A program made the position numbers and the translations under genes. From a virus (taxonomy: Duplodnaviria; Caudoviricetes), in IMG/VR virus record IMGVR_UViG_3300012953_000076, positions 1-39,169 of that record: a DNA stretch of 39,169 nt. One strand, written 5' to 3'. Below the pieces are notes generated by a model, which did no database searches, was not told where the DNA came from, and saw only the letters and a list, made by a program, of their open reading frames with translations. Of the stretch, positions 10,701 to 19,595 are shown one piece after another (position 1 is the first letter of the stretch; every line of letters starts with the position of its first letter).

Positions 10701-11442
10701 TCTTCCCACTTCACCTGATGATGAAACTGGTAGATTTAGTTTAGTTCTCCCAGCTACAACCAACTTTGGTATAAGGAAGATTAACTGTAGATATACTTCA
10801 TTTGTACCTAGACCAACTACTTCTGATGTTGATGAAATTCAGGGTATAACTGTTGGTTATGATATTCCTTTTGATCAAATAGTTAAATTAAATGCTACTG
10901 CATCTGGGGAAACGTTTAAAACATCTATTGGTGGTACTAATGGTGATGGTAGTATTGATACTATTGATACTAGTACTATTACATATGATACTACTAGAAC
11001 TTGTACTCCAGTTAGATGGGATCAGGCAAATAGATTATTATATGTCAAGCTGGGAGATAATCAATATCCTATATTGACATCACATACTATTAAAGGTCAT
11101 GCAGTAGATACTGATGATCTTGTTAATGAGTATCAAACCATAGCAACCCATATATTTGATGCTACAAGTGGTTCAGTTGTAAATACAACTGATAACACTA
11201 TAACTATTAATAGTCATGGGTTTGAGCAAGGTGAGGTCATTTCATATGATAGTGATGGTGGTACAGCAATTGGTGGTCTAACTGATACCAATCAATATCA
11301 TGTAGAGAAAATTGATGATAATATAATAAAATTAGCAGCATCTAAAACAGATTTAGAAGCTGATAACTTTATCTCCCTATCCAGTGGTGCTGCTGGAACT
11401 GAGCATCTGCTCTTAAAGGTAGAGTTTATTTATAATTTCTAG
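1702..11442 (+). CDS. gp7: Baseplate wedge initiator gp7-like, giant cyanophage-type form (3246 aa) with a YHYH-like domain and many repeated beta modules
   Basis: N-terminus QVPDYL--DYPNFIAFIKDYYRFLE, then KDFYLAKGT-----YFKFLF, and later IQDSLKYQKFAYEI...HPAG, as in T4-like gp7 homologues. Lies between gp6 and gp8; start overlaps the gp6 stop (TAATG). Confidence 0.82.
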   Translation: MFNSLQVSNAIEQQVPDYLSNDYPNFIAFIKDYYRFLETNGNALDLLDGLTELVDIDTYTGADATATLEGAVTASDTSITVLGYVEFPRNNGLLKIDDEVIFYKNLEAKEDGGVKKTVFSDCVRGWTYNTLTLDGGFTANIVTTAADHSSAAIVYNQSYTYILYFLEQLREQYLIDFPQNVLKDNLDLVNVDFLLKKAKDFYLAKGTPQGIDYYFKFLFQEKPELKNYNEALIDASNATYQSKEIVRLESLDNYDPRLLDGASLIQGTNEFPIQTVESVFSYSSQVYEVELSNGQLLTPTRFTKITSALSGNKLFVDSTHEFPKTGYLRIGQALVEYTGKTLNYFKVKDFGATRYKVGDKIWDHSSLATVKTRPDIFFALYAGVSSFNVDSSFTSYQVNDIGTVIDIVSQDDLILNNWYFNDLLPCTVNIGFLSGVNTVWYDDESAYVYTSSIPYYDIFTIPSNIILEDGDWIRRFPRSFNRNTEGNREDIPTNEPIGFLRDGTAVLSWKSSTTITRGKLESITIESGGDNYNVNNPPSIIVDVPRGENGEDLTIPALVNPVSGHEGTRAEAELIVHGSLKEVYIENSGLSYPKNISIDIIKDSSDTEYTGTDFSPAIVQPIVVNGKITKVRIIDPGKGYSKQPIIRITPVLNQQAGVVENAILSAFVTGPISKVNITNSGARYMQDPTYALTKGSSATGFVTISNGQIIQATVINGGQQYNSPPVVTIKDNANTGSGAIIVPTMSAGAVTGLKVINGGINYSDNGVTLDIAEPGSGDILLPNVTKWDLINNFDNNNISNYYDEPSGLFLAGERAIEQDGQNYIGKKLTVLGPPRNLTIKEDGVISTLDFTDATVHSPIIGWALDGAPIYGPFGYKNAYEADPAQIKKMQSGYVKWTSVQHETNQDPIRVEASNIQGLDTYILGSFAQDYHWSPLAADLDEQNGRFCVTPEFPNGVYAYFMTYDLSSNNIIQSGYPFFVGPKFAGVTYKDFNDLEIVDTDAISNVTRYVSAESTTVSRAIDKGSFQVASIPTSSLATLDSIKIISGGTGYKIGDTVVFDSTDTEGFGASGYVSVLDGQPVTSVAFAEYHYLEYSNELQHFTVGQTIKNNDTFQGTIHSIDPNNRRVYLDAVTSHPVVGDEIYDDTLVVDTSVSSELAGDDKSSISVTANVTGALLTQDLSSVDTYFSLGSFTNGSISDFYSTTELKYIKIDDEYMKVLKQVTGHLFVLRGQSGTIPAAHANGASITLCDAIEVFDSSPFVIGDVIKINNENANVVDIQITKESNFLRTRIVDGTGTTSGNTYYLYLNKVIQNLSGVTGDVVNLDGDSNIEDLTLTQGTFDASPIPEIVVGTQTYDPTAVISDNINIQTSTYKHLLIVERSTYGTTIAQHYPRTTVNRLTRVYATVTKYEQNRILTSVLAQNNGLASNDHVTIEASTAQAISVNITLSGSTLTQGGFTELNGNYYKTFYEGSSYNYVKSGGDPFSVSFFSPGSSAKQREYFDVRITKQIDAGTGQLTSFTIYPDSSDLTEYVLRITNLNDGSVVDVHASTVPEPINGEYLVVNSGSANFEIYTPISPITLLTNLYNANTFKYNTNSPTATGPIKVATLTSGGFDYDIIPAITGVNSTAGINAILEPISKTIGSIQTVKSITSGYGYNPASDNRPSLVFPQISKISQNFVVSDVTITDSGEGYVFTPRVVVTGGGLSAGDSGHLTVDPVVVSGKVLELPITFEGIRYSTAPILDIEKYYYTTLNSSGDLQFKFNFKDYFRDNDAYKIRAYYNGGANYLESGTFYAYIDTITMKNRYTSGGSDYVDPLSTNAVGSGGAFDKAIIVPNGVTIEYYQVILLERKATATATIKKSSFITNEKVYIGDSPGNITDQYFGYVATKKGWQPNSSIIRLENSNKSVKAGNVIVGVNSGAYGYVDEAYNARTEANLGAVVETPKQFLDTKSHIGYGVYKIQDSLKYQKFAYEISSQTPFLNWREGYQKAAHPAGYRLFANTEIKNSALMGRYDMPENGKFDVVGEKVDIKGGTTLKVSTDVDSIVRMNQKYNYLVTRNKGFDEVSVLNKLLTDVKDIKTSVVAVFDDISDQFDGVETRFELKVVNPANPKDANDNINYIEGYNVDQMVIILDNIVQTYGTSWIITDSDKTLDFTESVKDLGELMPAGEILTYRQFNEDMVIHNHSSTQSAALTSGNAIQLVDSVTTNAFPASIYTSIDEDNWMVFIDGVAQLKSSFVIASSNNGEIAFSQDLAGGSQINVRFMNGYLKNEFTSGSVTALTAVTLTNKPSSSTSKESYFVWVDGVLQSTDDYEIDGSKDIVFDYGFSYDSIIIMIDPLGVSLESSTHGIINNQYAYKIDDGQLVIPTGTVINSKEYLVDIAGVVQTPDVAYKTITSGVRKINFFEAPQRYVSPDSTVGRQFVGILYRRRGIGDQTTIAGQSIPAPSPINYQFDDVSKNVIMVKENPVDFVVGDYIVTSTSSGRIEAIEDELNKKVVNTGITSTVVANAGTFNLTLADIVGLNVGDRVKYNASIGLTSPDDDELEISAIDNDPDSGTYLQVTFTNISGGNLTIEVLDLSSIRINHYELWVEELTTSNANRDLAFVSGDTLESGVVSAISTNTATILNEPFGLLTSETVFTVASSTGITTNDYLVIDNYEVVKVSNVSTNDITVTRAQLTTSNDRVFANGTTVKKITPRTLTASGFFRGFDGEKTSFELKKDGERVDIPVNAEIFIIVNGILQKRAISYTFQELGTSPNEYTVINFTEAPEDGVSFNSFYVGELIGIQDMSPYFNGLDTVFDLRSTNGEIFSLIHKSKPETNISANLLLFIDGVLQIPSTKQFGRPQAYPDLITAFTLLGSVVEFTATPRAGSNFEGYIFVGSNDDYDSVDIDATVEADDVIIQYDEISPRIINNVISSTTLSVNDSGGTILGAKSIDVTPNGTDWFQADLHKKARIRESLRARRTLKSTINGFGSTNSPYPLATKIWYGSAITKMSLTDISSDLPTSPDDETGRFSLVLPATTNFGIRKINCRYTSFVPRPTTSDVDEIQGITVGYDIPFDQIVKLNATASGETFKTSIGGTNGDGSIDTIDTSTITYDTTRTCTPVRWDQANRLLYVKLGDNQYPILTSHTIKGHAVDTDDLVNEYQTIATHIFDATSGSVVNTTDNTITINSHGFEQGEVISYDSDGGTAIGGLTDTNQYHVEKIDDNIIKLAASKTDLEADNFISLSSGAAGTEHLLLKVEFIYNF
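7940..10350 (+). repeat. Six degenerate protein-level repeats with a (I/V)-D/N-G-V-x-Q core in gp7
   Basis: IILDNIVQ (~8083), VFIDGVAQ (~8371), VWVDGVLQ (~8596), VDIAGVVQ (~8830), IIVNGILQ (~9898), LFIDGVLQ (~10178). Several are preceded by F(D/N)Gxx(T)xFxL and followed by (I/V)xFxx(A/T)P. Confidence 0.75.
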
Positions 11443-11445
11443 TCC

Positions 11446-11453
11446 TATAAATA
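11446..11453 (+). promoter_or_regulatory. T4-type late promoter (gp55 sigma) TATAAATA
   Basis: Exact TATAAATA in the 30-bp gap between gp7 and gp8, 19 nt before the gp8 ATG. Confidence 0.85.
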
Positions 11454-11472
11454 AAAAGAAAACCGTCAGACA

Positions 11473-12951
11473 ATGGCAGCGATTTTAACTGATAAATTTA
11501 GAGTAGTATTTGCTGAAAAGTTCAAAGATGCTATTGCTCTTAAAGAAATACCTGGTATATCCAATGTTTCTGCTCTTCCTGCTTCTGCATTAGCAGAGGT
11601 CTGGTTGTTTTTTGCAAAAGCAACTAAATGGTCGGATTTTAATACTGGTTTACCTGTAAACGTACCTGATAATCCTATTGACAATCAAAGTCAATCATTT
11701 AAGATTTATGATCAAATTCTTGGTCTAAAGCGAGTTACCTCTGCCGAAATGCGTTCTGTTATTAGAAACAATAAGTGGGCAACTGGTACTGTATATGATA
11801 TCTATCGTCATGATTATGGTGATATTACTAATGTTGCTGGTAATGTTACTACTTACGTTCAGTCAAATAATTTTGAACAGCATTTATATGAAACTAATTT
11901 CTATGTTGTCACATCTGAGTATAAGGTCTATAAGTGTTTAAGTAATAATAGTAACGGAGAATCTACTACAGAACCATCATCTACTTCTAGTGCTCCATTC
12001 ACTTTACCTGATGGGTATGTTTGGAAGTATATGTTCACTGTTAATGCTAATGATTTTGAGAAGTTTAAAACTGATGAGTATGTACCTGTCCCAGAGGATA
12101 GTGCAATTGATTCTTCAAATGTAATTGCAGCTGCTGCAAACTTTGGTGGGTCAATTTATAATGTATTGATTGATAATGCTGGCAGTGGTTACTTAGCAAA
12201 CACTGAATTTGATATTATTGGTGATGGAACTAACGGTAAGATTAGAATTACCTCTACTAATCAAAGTGGTGGTATAACAGGCGTTAAGGTGGTTAATCCT
12301 GGTCAAGGTTATACATTTGGTCAAATTAACTTATCTACTGGTACAAGTGGTATACTAAAACCTGTAATCACAGGTAAAGAAGGATTAGGTCAAAAGATAG
12401 GTAGAGAGTTGGGTGCATATAGAATAGCAATGCACGCAAAATTAGAAAAAGATGATTTCATTTTTGGTAATGATTTCCATGTTGTTGGATTGCTTTACAA
12501 TCCAGTAGTAAGTACATCTTCTGGTATTGCTATTGGTACAAAGCAACTTAAGTTAACAAGTCCTTTGAGTGATGCTACTGATGGTCATTATGATGATGCT
12601 AAAATAACTGGTTCTACTAGTGGTGCTGGTGGTAGAGTAGTACACTATGAGACAGATGGTACTCTAAGTGGTGGTGTTTATATAATATATTACACTCAAG
12701 AAAGCCAATTAGAGTATGGTCTAAGTAGTACAGGTGCTAAACCTAACTTTGTTGCTGGTGAAGATATTTCAGTTGACCCTGACCAAGGTGGTAGTTCTGA
12801 AAGTGTAACTATTGATTCTGATGCATCAATTGCAGTTAAAGATTCAGAACTAACGAGAGGTTCTGGTGAGATCATCTACATAGATAATAGGGCTACAATT
12901 TCGAGAGCCGAAGACCAAACAGAAGATTTTAAGATTATCGTAGAGTTCTAA
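11473..12951 (+). CDS. gp8: Baseplate wedge subunit gp8
   Basis: MAAILTDKFR start, W--GTVYDIYRHDY, FYVVTSEYKVYKCL-N, DGYVWKYMF, and C-terminal SGEIIYIDNR--I-R-EDQTEDFKIIVEF typical of gp8. Synteny with gp6 and gp7. Confidence 0.93.
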   Translation: MAAILTDKFRVVFAEKFKDAIALKEIPGISNVSALPASALAEVWLFFAKATKWSDFNTGLPVNVPDNPIDNQSQSFKIYDQILGLKRVTSAEMRSVIRNNKWATGTVYDIYRHDYGDITNVAGNVTTYVQSNNFEQHLYETNFYVVTSEYKVYKCLSNNSNGESTTEPSSTSSAPFTLPDGYVWKYMFTVNANDFEKFKTDEYVPVPEDSAIDSSNVIAAAANFGGSIYNVLIDNAGSGYLANTEFDIIGDGTNGKIRITSTNQSGGITGVKVVNPGQGYTFGQINLSTGTSGILKPVITGKEGLGQKIGRELGAYRIAMHAKLEKDDFIFGNDFHVVGLLYNPVVSTSSGIAIGTKQLKLTSPLSDATDGHYDDAKITGSTSGAGGRVVHYETDGTLSGGVYIIYYTQESQLEYGLSSTGAKPNFVAGEDISVDPDQGGSSESVTIDSDASIAVKDSELTRGSGEIIYIDNRATISRAEDQTEDFKIIVEF

Positions 12952-12952
12952 A

Positions 12953-15900
12953 ATGCCTCAGTCAACAGATCTTAATACACCTCCATACTTTGAGGATTTT
13001 GACCCTGATAAGAATTTCCATAGGGTGTTATTTCGCCCTGGATATCCACTTCAGGCAAGAGAACTTACACAGTCACAATCTATCTTACAAGATCAGATAG
13101 AAAAATTTGGAAAGAGTGTTTATAAAGAAGGAGATCAGGTAGTTCCTGGTTCCGTAGGTTTTGATTTAAAATATACTGCAATACTGATAGAAGATGAATA
13201 TTTTGGTATTTCGGGAGATTCTTTAGTTGCAGCACCTTCGGGTTCAACTACTCCTTATATTGTAGGTAAAACTATTGTCGGTAATACAACTGGAGTTAAA
13301 GCAAAGGTAGTTAATGCATTAACTTCTTCTCAATCAGAAAAGAGTAAGACGACGTTATATGTAAAATATATTTCTGCTGGTACTGCCAATACTAGTGGTA
13401 CATTCGCTGATGATGAAATCATATTAGCACAAGATGCATTTAGTATTGGAACGACTGTTATACAGGCAAATACTGACTTTGCTAAGTGTGTTAGTAGTAA
13501 TGCTACACATACAGGATCTTCAGCTAAGATTACTGAAGGTGTTTATTTCACTAAAGGGCATTTTGTAAAAGTATTAGAGCAAGAGATTGTTCTTGACCAA
13601 TTTAGTACATCTCCTTCATATAAGGTTGGATTACAAGTTTTAGAAGAAGTTGTAACTCCAGAGGAAGATACATCATTAACAGATCCATCACAGGGATATT
13701 CTAATTATTCTGCACCTGGTGCTCATAGATTAAAATTAAAAGCAGTTTTATCAAAGAAAGCATTATCTGATACTTCTGCTACTGATTTTATTGAACTTTT
13801 ACGTCTTGATGATGGTGATACTAAGAATTTCAATAATAGCAGAGAAACGACAAATATAGAAGATATATTAGCAAGAAGAACTTATGATGAATCAGGTGAT
13901 TATGAAGTAAGGGCTTATGACTTTACAAAAGATGAGTGTCTTAATAATGGAATAAACAATGGTGTATTTGAAGTTAATACAACAACTGATGATGGAAATA
14001 CTCCATCTAAAGATCTATTTGATATTGTAGTATCTCCAGGTAAATCATACGTTCGTGGTTATGAGATAGAGAATGTAGAAACATCTTATGTTGATATAGA
14101 GAAACCAAGAACTACTGAATTAGTAAACAATACAACTATTCCCACAAATGGTCTAGGTGCACAATTCCTAGTTAATAATCCTAATAATGGTTGGTTAACA
14201 CAAGCAGAACTTGCTGCTAATTTGAGTGGTGTAAAGAAAGTTCTTTTAAAGGAATCTGGTGGTGCTACTATTGGATATGCTCTATTTGTTGGGCATGAAG
14301 ATGTTAAAGTAGGTAATGTTTCACAACAAAAGAATATAAGATTAGCAAATATTACATTCCTATCAGGATATAGTATTCAAAATTTACTTAATGGTGGTGA
14401 TATAAACATTGGTGGTACTATAAACTGGACTAATAATACAGTTTCTGGTGGTGCTGATTATAATGTTGATAAACTTGTAGGTTCACCAACACCTTTATTC
14501 TTTAAGGTAAGTGAAGGACGTATTATAAAAACAGTATCAGATACTAAAGTACAATCAGTTCAAACCGTTGCTTCTGGCACTACTAGTGCTGCAAGTGTAG
14601 TTCAGGTTGCTGGAAACTATTTCTCTACCAATAAGGATGATTATACAGTAGCAGTTGATGGTGTTGCTAACCAATTTGTTGATATCACTAGCAATATAGT
14701 TATTACTGGTGGAACATTTGAAGCAACTGTTGGTTCAAATGCTGGTGCTTATCAAAGTGCTGCATTTACTTTAATTGGTCCAGAAAAGATTGATGTTCCA
14801 ACTCAACATCTCATTTCACATCAAAAGATGAGATCAATTGAACTTATTAATGATGCTAAAACACCTCTTAATAATAATGTATTAACTCTTGGTACTACTA
14901 AAGTATCTAAGATACATGCAATTTATGAAGACAATACTGGTACTGCTTCTGGATCTGATGTTGCACCTAAAATAACTTTAATTTCATCTGCATCTACTAC
15001 TTCATTTGAAGTTGGAGAAGTATTCAGTGGTATATCAAGTGGTGCAACTGGAAGAATAATTAAACAAGCAGGTAATGTTGTATGGTTTGTATATCTTAGT
15101 AATTCAAACTTTATTCCTAATGAAACCTTATTTGGATATAATAGTGCTGCAGAAAGATCTATAAGTGCAATTAATAGTCATGGTCCTGCAAATATTAAGG
15201 ACAGATATATTTTAGATGATGGTCAAAGAGCTCAGGCATTTACTTATAGTAAGTTGTTTAAGAGATCTCCAGATAGTTCTATACCTACAGATAGTAAACT
15301 TATAGTTATTTTCGATCACTTTAAGACAGAAAATAATGATGGAGTTTTTACTACTGTAGAATCATTCTATAATGCTGACTTTGATAATATCCCAACTTAT
15401 GAATTTGATGGTGAAATGTTATATTTGAGTGATCTTATTGATTGGAGAATTGATGCTGCAAATATACTCTCAGGAAATGGAGAATTAGATACAAGTCCAT
15501 ATAGTATTAATACTGGAGCTATTGCTGCTAGTACTGATTTAACTACTGCTAGTGGTGAATTTGCTAATACATCATTCACACAAACAGGAAGGTATCTGTT
15601 ACCAAGTGGTACTACTGATGCAGATATTTCATATTATTTGGGAAGAATTGATATTCTTTATTTGGATAGGAATGGTAAGTTTATTAACAAAAAAGGTATT
15701 CCTTCTTTAGATCCGAAGTTTCCAACAGATGCACTTGCTAATGCAATGAAAGTGTTGACTATTACGATGCCTCCATACATAAGGGATCTTAATGATGTTA
15801 AAACTAGAAGGCATTATCAAAGAAGATACACCATGAAGGATATTGGTGGTCTTGAAAATAGAATTGAAAATATTGAATATTATACACAATTAAGTTTATT

Positions 15901-18900
15901 AGAAACAGATACTAGAAACTTATTCATTGCTGACGGTAGTGGTAATAATAGATTAAAGAATGGTTTCTTAGTTGATAACTTTGCATCTCATGCAATTGGT
16001 CAACCAAATGAACCAAATTATAAGTGTGCTATGGATACTTCTCTAGGGGAGTTGAGACCACAGCATTATACTACTAATAGTAGTTTAGTATATGAAACTG
16101 AGCCAACAGATTACCAGAAAGGTGATTTCTTAATGCTCAATTATACTGATTTATTATTAATTGAACAACCATATGCATGTGTTCTTGAAAATGTTAACCC
16201 ATTTGCAGTTATATCTTGGGTTGGTACACTTAATGTATTCCCAGCTTCTGATGATTGGATAGATGAAGAGCGTTTACCTGAATCGCTGACTGAAGTTGAA
16301 GGTGATTTTAATGCTGTTATGAAGGATCTAGACATAGATCCTAATACTGGTTTTGGACCTACAGAATGGGGTTCATGGCAAACACAATGGACAAGTACAA
16401 GTAGTTCTACTAGTAATTGGAGTGGTGGTAATAGATGGGGAACTAGAACAACTACTACAACAAGTACTGGACAAGCTAGGTCTGGAGTACGTGCTAGAGT
16501 AACTCCACGTCTCGATAGAAAGGTTTTAGGTGATAGAGTAGTTGATACTAAGTATGCACGTTGGAAGAGATCTAGAAACATCTCTATAACTGGAACAAGA
16601 ATAAAACCAAATATTAGAGTATATCCATTCCTTGATGGTAAAGATGTATCTTCATATACAACTCCTAAGATAATTCAAATTTCTATGACTGCTGGATCAG
16701 TTGCATTTAATACTAATGAGGATATTGCAGTTAGTGGAAATGTTAATAGAAAATTTAGATGTAATTTAGAATTGCCTCAAGGAGGAATTGCTAAACTTAG
16801 TAAACCTTACAGTATAGACCCATATACTGGTAATACAATTACATCTACTGCATATAGTACTACATCTACTTTTCTTAACTTAAACATCAACACTATGCAG
16901 AAGTTGAATGGAAATGATAGTGGTGGATATCTTTTAGAAGGTGATACAATTGTTGGATTAACTAGTGGTGCTACTGCTACTGTAACTAAGAAACATCTTA
17001 TTGCAGATGAGTTGGGTAATTTACGAGCAAGTGTTTATATTCCTGATCCAAATGACGATTCTAATCCAAGATGGAAGGTTGGTGAATCTATTTTAAGATT
17101 AACTGATAGTTCAACTAATTCATTAGTTCCAGGAGATGCAGATAGTTCTGCAGAAGGTACTTATAGTGCTAGTGGTACTATATTAACTAAGCAAAGTGAT
17201 GTTCTTTTGGTAAGAAATGCTGAAGTTGTACAAGATACAGTTACTGATAGTAGAGTATTAACATCATCATCAACTAGTACAAGAGTTACTGGTTGGTCTG
17301 ATCCTCTTGCACAATCATTCTTAGTACAAGAAGTTGGTGGATGTTTTATATCTAAAATTGATGCATTCTTCCAATCAAAAGATACTTCATTACCAGTTAC
17401 ATGTCAAATAAGGGAGATGGTTAATGGGTATCCTGCTCCTATTATATTAGGTACTGTAAACTTAGATCCAGATAGTGTTAATATAGACGATACTGCTACT
17501 ACTGCTACTACCTTTACATTTGATACTCCTGTTTATCTCACAGAAAATAGAGAATATTGTTTTGTACTTTTAACTGCTTCTGTTGAGTATAAAGTTTGGT
17601 TGTCTGAGATGGGTAAAGATGATTTAAGTGGAGAAAGAATATCTAAGCAACCATATGCTGGTGTTCTATTTAAATCTCAAAACGCATCTACTTGGACTAC
17701 TGCAGAAATGCAAGATATGAAGTTTAGGATTTATAGAGCTAAATTTGATATTAGTGAAACTCCTAGTATTACATTAAATGTTGATACTAGTGGAAATCTA
17801 TTTTATAATAGGTTGAGAAGAGATCCTATTGAATTGACTGTCAATAGTGGAAGAATGAAGGTTTGGCATAAAAACCATGGAATGCATGATTCGGCATCTT
17901 ATGTTCAGTTGAAAGGAATAAGTAGTGAAATTATTGCAGATTTAGATGCAGATTTCAATGGTGCTGCAGGATCGGCAATAACTTTAAAAGGTTCTCATAG
18001 TAATTTCAAATATTTACAAACTACTAAAACAGTTGCATCACTAGGTATTGGTGCAACGTCTATAGTTGTTAATAATAACACTGACCTAAAGGTTGGAGAT
18101 GTTGTTACTGAAGCAAGTGGTAATATGTTTGCTGCTAATACAAGAGTAACTAATATTGTTGGAACAACAATTACTATAGACATAGCATCTACCAATACTG
18201 GAGTTGAGAGTTCTGTAAGTGTAATATTTACTAATCCAATTAAAGGATCATTACCATCAAATACAAATCCAGCTTATATTAAGATAGGTGATTGTGTTTA
18301 CAGTTATAATCCTTTAAGTGTTTCTGCTGAAACTAATAATCAGTATAGTATTACTACTATTGCATTATTAGAAGGTACAGCACCAACTAGTGGATTTAAG
18401 AAAGATTCTGAGTGGCAAGTAGAACATTACGTTGTTAACGGTATACCATTAACAGAGGTTAATAAGGTTCATTCACAATTAGAGTATATAACTCTTGATA
18501 GTTATCAAATTGATTTAAGTTCTTTAACAAGAACTCTTGCAACAACTAATACTACTTTTGGTGGTAATAATGCTTTTGCAAGTAAAAACGTTGCCTATAG
18601 TCAGTTAATGCCTTTGATTGGATTCAGAGAATTACCTGGAACTGAAGTAAATGCTTCATTTAAATCTACTAGTGGAACATCAATAGGAAATTCTGCATAC
18701 AGTAGTCCTGGTGCATCATCAGCACCAGATCAAAGGGCATATAAAGCAGATCCAGCATTTTATCCAGTGGCATTAAATGAGGAAAATATTTATATTGTTC
18801 CTAAGGTACTTGCTTCTTCTATTAATGAAGAAAGACAAATGGTTGGTGCTAAATCTGGTCAATTGCAATTTACACTTTCAAGTACATCAGATAATTTAAG

Positions 18901-19378
18901 TCCTGTTATAGATCAGGACAGAATGAGTATTGTGACTACTGGAAATAGGGTGTGTGACTTTGATGGTAATGTATCTGATGAATACTTCTTTAATAATGAT
19001 GGTACTTATAATATTGGTAATAGTCCTAAGTATGATTTCAATGCTGCCAATTATATTACTAAGTTAATAACAGTTGCTAATGAGTGTACTTCTTTAAGAG
19101 TAGATTTTGCAGCATTTAATAATTCAGAAACTGATATTGATGTTTACGTCAAGTTATTATCAGGTGATGAGAACAATCCTGGAGAACAGGATTGGGAAGA
19201 AGTAACTACTACTGCATATGCAGTAACTAAGAATGAATTTGATGTTACTGATTATACCTATCAAAAGGATTTAACTGCTAAACAGTTTACTCAGTATCAA
19301 GTTAAAATTAGAATGAGGTCTCGTAATTCTGCTGTGGTACCATATATTAAGGATTTAAGATGCATAGCTCTAGCTTAA
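12953..19378 (+). CDS. Large virion structural protein, DUF4815 / VrlC-like family (2141 aa)
   Basis: N-terminus PYFEDFD--KNFHRVLFRPGYPLQARELTQ-QSILQ-Q, APGAHRLK, LARRTYDESGDY, RLKNGFLVDNF, DPLAQSF, GVLFKSQNASTW and C-terminal P-IKDLR-IALA. This family commonly follows gp8 in cyanomyoviruses. Confidence 0.82.
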   Translation: MPQSTDLNTPPYFEDFDPDKNFHRVLFRPGYPLQARELTQSQSILQDQIEKFGKSVYKEGDQVVPGSVGFDLKYTAILIEDEYFGISGDSLVAAPSGSTTPYIVGKTIVGNTTGVKAKVVNALTSSQSEKSKTTLYVKYISAGTANTSGTFADDEIILAQDAFSIGTTVIQANTDFAKCVSSNATHTGSSAKITEGVYFTKGHFVKVLEQEIVLDQFSTSPSYKVGLQVLEEVVTPEEDTSLTDPSQGYSNYSAPGAHRLKLKAVLSKKALSDTSATDFIELLRLDDGDTKNFNNSRETTNIEDILARRTYDESGDYEVRAYDFTKDECLNNGINNGVFEVNTTTDDGNTPSKDLFDIVVSPGKSYVRGYEIENVETSYVDIEKPRTTELVNNTTIPTNGLGAQFLVNNPNNGWLTQAELAANLSGVKKVLLKESGGATIGYALFVGHEDVKVGNVSQQKNIRLANITFLSGYSIQNLLNGGDINIGGTINWTNNTVSGGADYNVDKLVGSPTPLFFKVSEGRIIKTVSDTKVQSVQTVASGTTSAASVVQVAGNYFSTNKDDYTVAVDGVANQFVDITSNIVITGGTFEATVGSNAGAYQSAAFTLIGPEKIDVPTQHLISHQKMRSIELINDAKTPLNNNVLTLGTTKVSKIHAIYEDNTGTASGSDVAPKITLISSASTTSFEVGEVFSGISSGATGRIIKQAGNVVWFVYLSNSNFIPNETLFGYNSAAERSISAINSHGPANIKDRYILDDGQRAQAFTYSKLFKRSPDSSIPTDSKLIVIFDHFKTENNDGVFTTVESFYNADFDNIPTYEFDGEMLYLSDLIDWRIDAANILSGNGELDTSPYSINTGAIAASTDLTTASGEFANTSFTQTGRYLLPSGTTDADISYYLGRIDILYLDRNGKFINKKGIPSLDPKFPTDALANAMKVLTITMPPYIRDLNDVKTRRHYQRRYTMKDIGGLENRIENIEYYTQLSLLETDTRNLFIADGSGNNRLKNGFLVDNFASHAIGQPNEPNYKCAMDTSLGELRPQHYTTNSSLVYETEPTDYQKGDFLMLNYTDLLLIEQPYACVLENVNPFAVISWVGTLNVFPASDDWIDEERLPESLTEVEGDFNAVMKDLDIDPNTGFGPTEWGSWQTQWTSTSSSTSNWSGGNRWGTRTTTTTSTGQARSGVRARVTPRLDRKVLGDRVVDTKYARWKRSRNISITGTRIKPNIRVYPFLDGKDVSSYTTPKIIQISMTAGSVAFNTNEDIAVSGNVNRKFRCNLELPQGGIAKLSKPYSIDPYTGNTITSTAYSTTSTFLNLNINTMQKLNGNDSGGYLLEGDTIVGLTSGATATVTKKHLIADELGNLRASVYIPDPNDDSNPRWKVGESILRLTDSSTNSLVPGDADSSAEGTYSASGTILTKQSDVLLVRNAEVVQDTVTDSRVLTSSSTSTRVTGWSDPLAQSFLVQEVGGCFISKIDAFFQSKDTSLPVTCQIREMVNGYPAPIILGTVNLDPDSVNIDDTATTATTFTFDTPVYLTENREYCFVLLTASVEYKVWLSEMGKDDLSGERISKQPYAGVLFKSQNASTWTTAEMQDMKFRIYRAKFDISETPSITLNVDTSGNLFYNRLRRDPIELTVNSGRMKVWHKNHGMHDSASYVQLKGISSEIIADLDADFNGAAGSAITLKGSHSNFKYLQTTKTVASLGIGATSIVVNNNTDLKVGDVVTEASGNMFAANTRVTNIVGTTITIDIASTNTGVESSVSVIFTNPIKGSLPSNTNPAYIKIGDCVYSYNPLSVSAETNNQYSITTIALLEGTAPTSGFKKDSEWQVEHYVVNGIPLTEVNKVHSQLEYITLDSYQIDLSSLTRTLATTNTTFGGNNAFASKNVAYSQLMPLIGFRELPGTEVNASFKSTSGTSIGNSAYSSPGASSAPDQRAYKADPAFYPVALNEENIYIVPKVLASSINEERQMVGAKSGQLQFTLSSTSDNLSPVIDQDRMSIVTTGNRVCDFDGNVSDEYFFNNDGTYNIGNSPKYDFNAANYITKLITVANECTSLRVDFAAFNNSETDIDVYVKLLSGDENNPGEQDWEEVTTTAYAVTKNEFDVTDYTYQKDLTAKQFTQYQVKIRMRSRNSAVVPYIKDLRCIALA

Positions 19379-19581
19379 TACCAGTAGAAGGTAATCCAAA
19401 TTTATCACGTGATCCGAAGACGGGAGCAATATTAAATACTAATCGTAGCGAATATGAAAAGTATATTACTCAACGTAATGAAAGAGAAACAGATAAACAA
19501 AGATTAACCCAATTAGAATCGGAGATTTCAGAAATTAAGCAGTTGTTAGTTAAATTGACAACTGGTATAAATACAAAATGA
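19360..19581 (+). CDS. Small hypothetical phage protein with C-terminal coiled coil (73 aa)
   Basis: VEGNPNLSRDPKTGAILNTN--EYEKY motif followed by heptad-like RLTQLESEISEIKQLLVKL. Fills the gap between neighbouring genes; start overlaps the upstream gene by 19 nt. Confidence 0.75.
   Translation: MHSSSLIPVEGNPNLSRDPKTGAILNTNRSEYEKYITQRNERETDKQRLTQLESEISEIKQLLVKLTTGINTK
19566..19573 (+). promoter_or_regulatory. T4-type late promoter TATAAATA
   Basis: Exact TATAAATA in the last codons of the 73-aa ORF, 22 nt before the ATG at 19596; an AGGA Shine-Dalgarno-like sequence lies between them. Confidence 0.8.
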
Positions 19582-19595
19582 TGTAGGAATAAGTA

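Noticed and set aside
11443-11472. Rho-independent terminators in the short intergenic gaps (also 30917-30955)
   Set aside because: No GC-rich stem followed by a U-tract is visible; the gaps are occupied by late-promoter motifs.
16366-16480. Ser/Thr/Trp/Gly low-complexity stretch in the DUF4815-like protein
   Set aside because: In-frame low-complexity coding segment with no regular nucleotide period; no evidence for a separate element.
12953-19378. Absence of recognisable gp9-gp12 directly after gp8
   Set aside because: Replacement of this T4 block by large structural genes is usual in T4-like cyanophages, so it is not novel.
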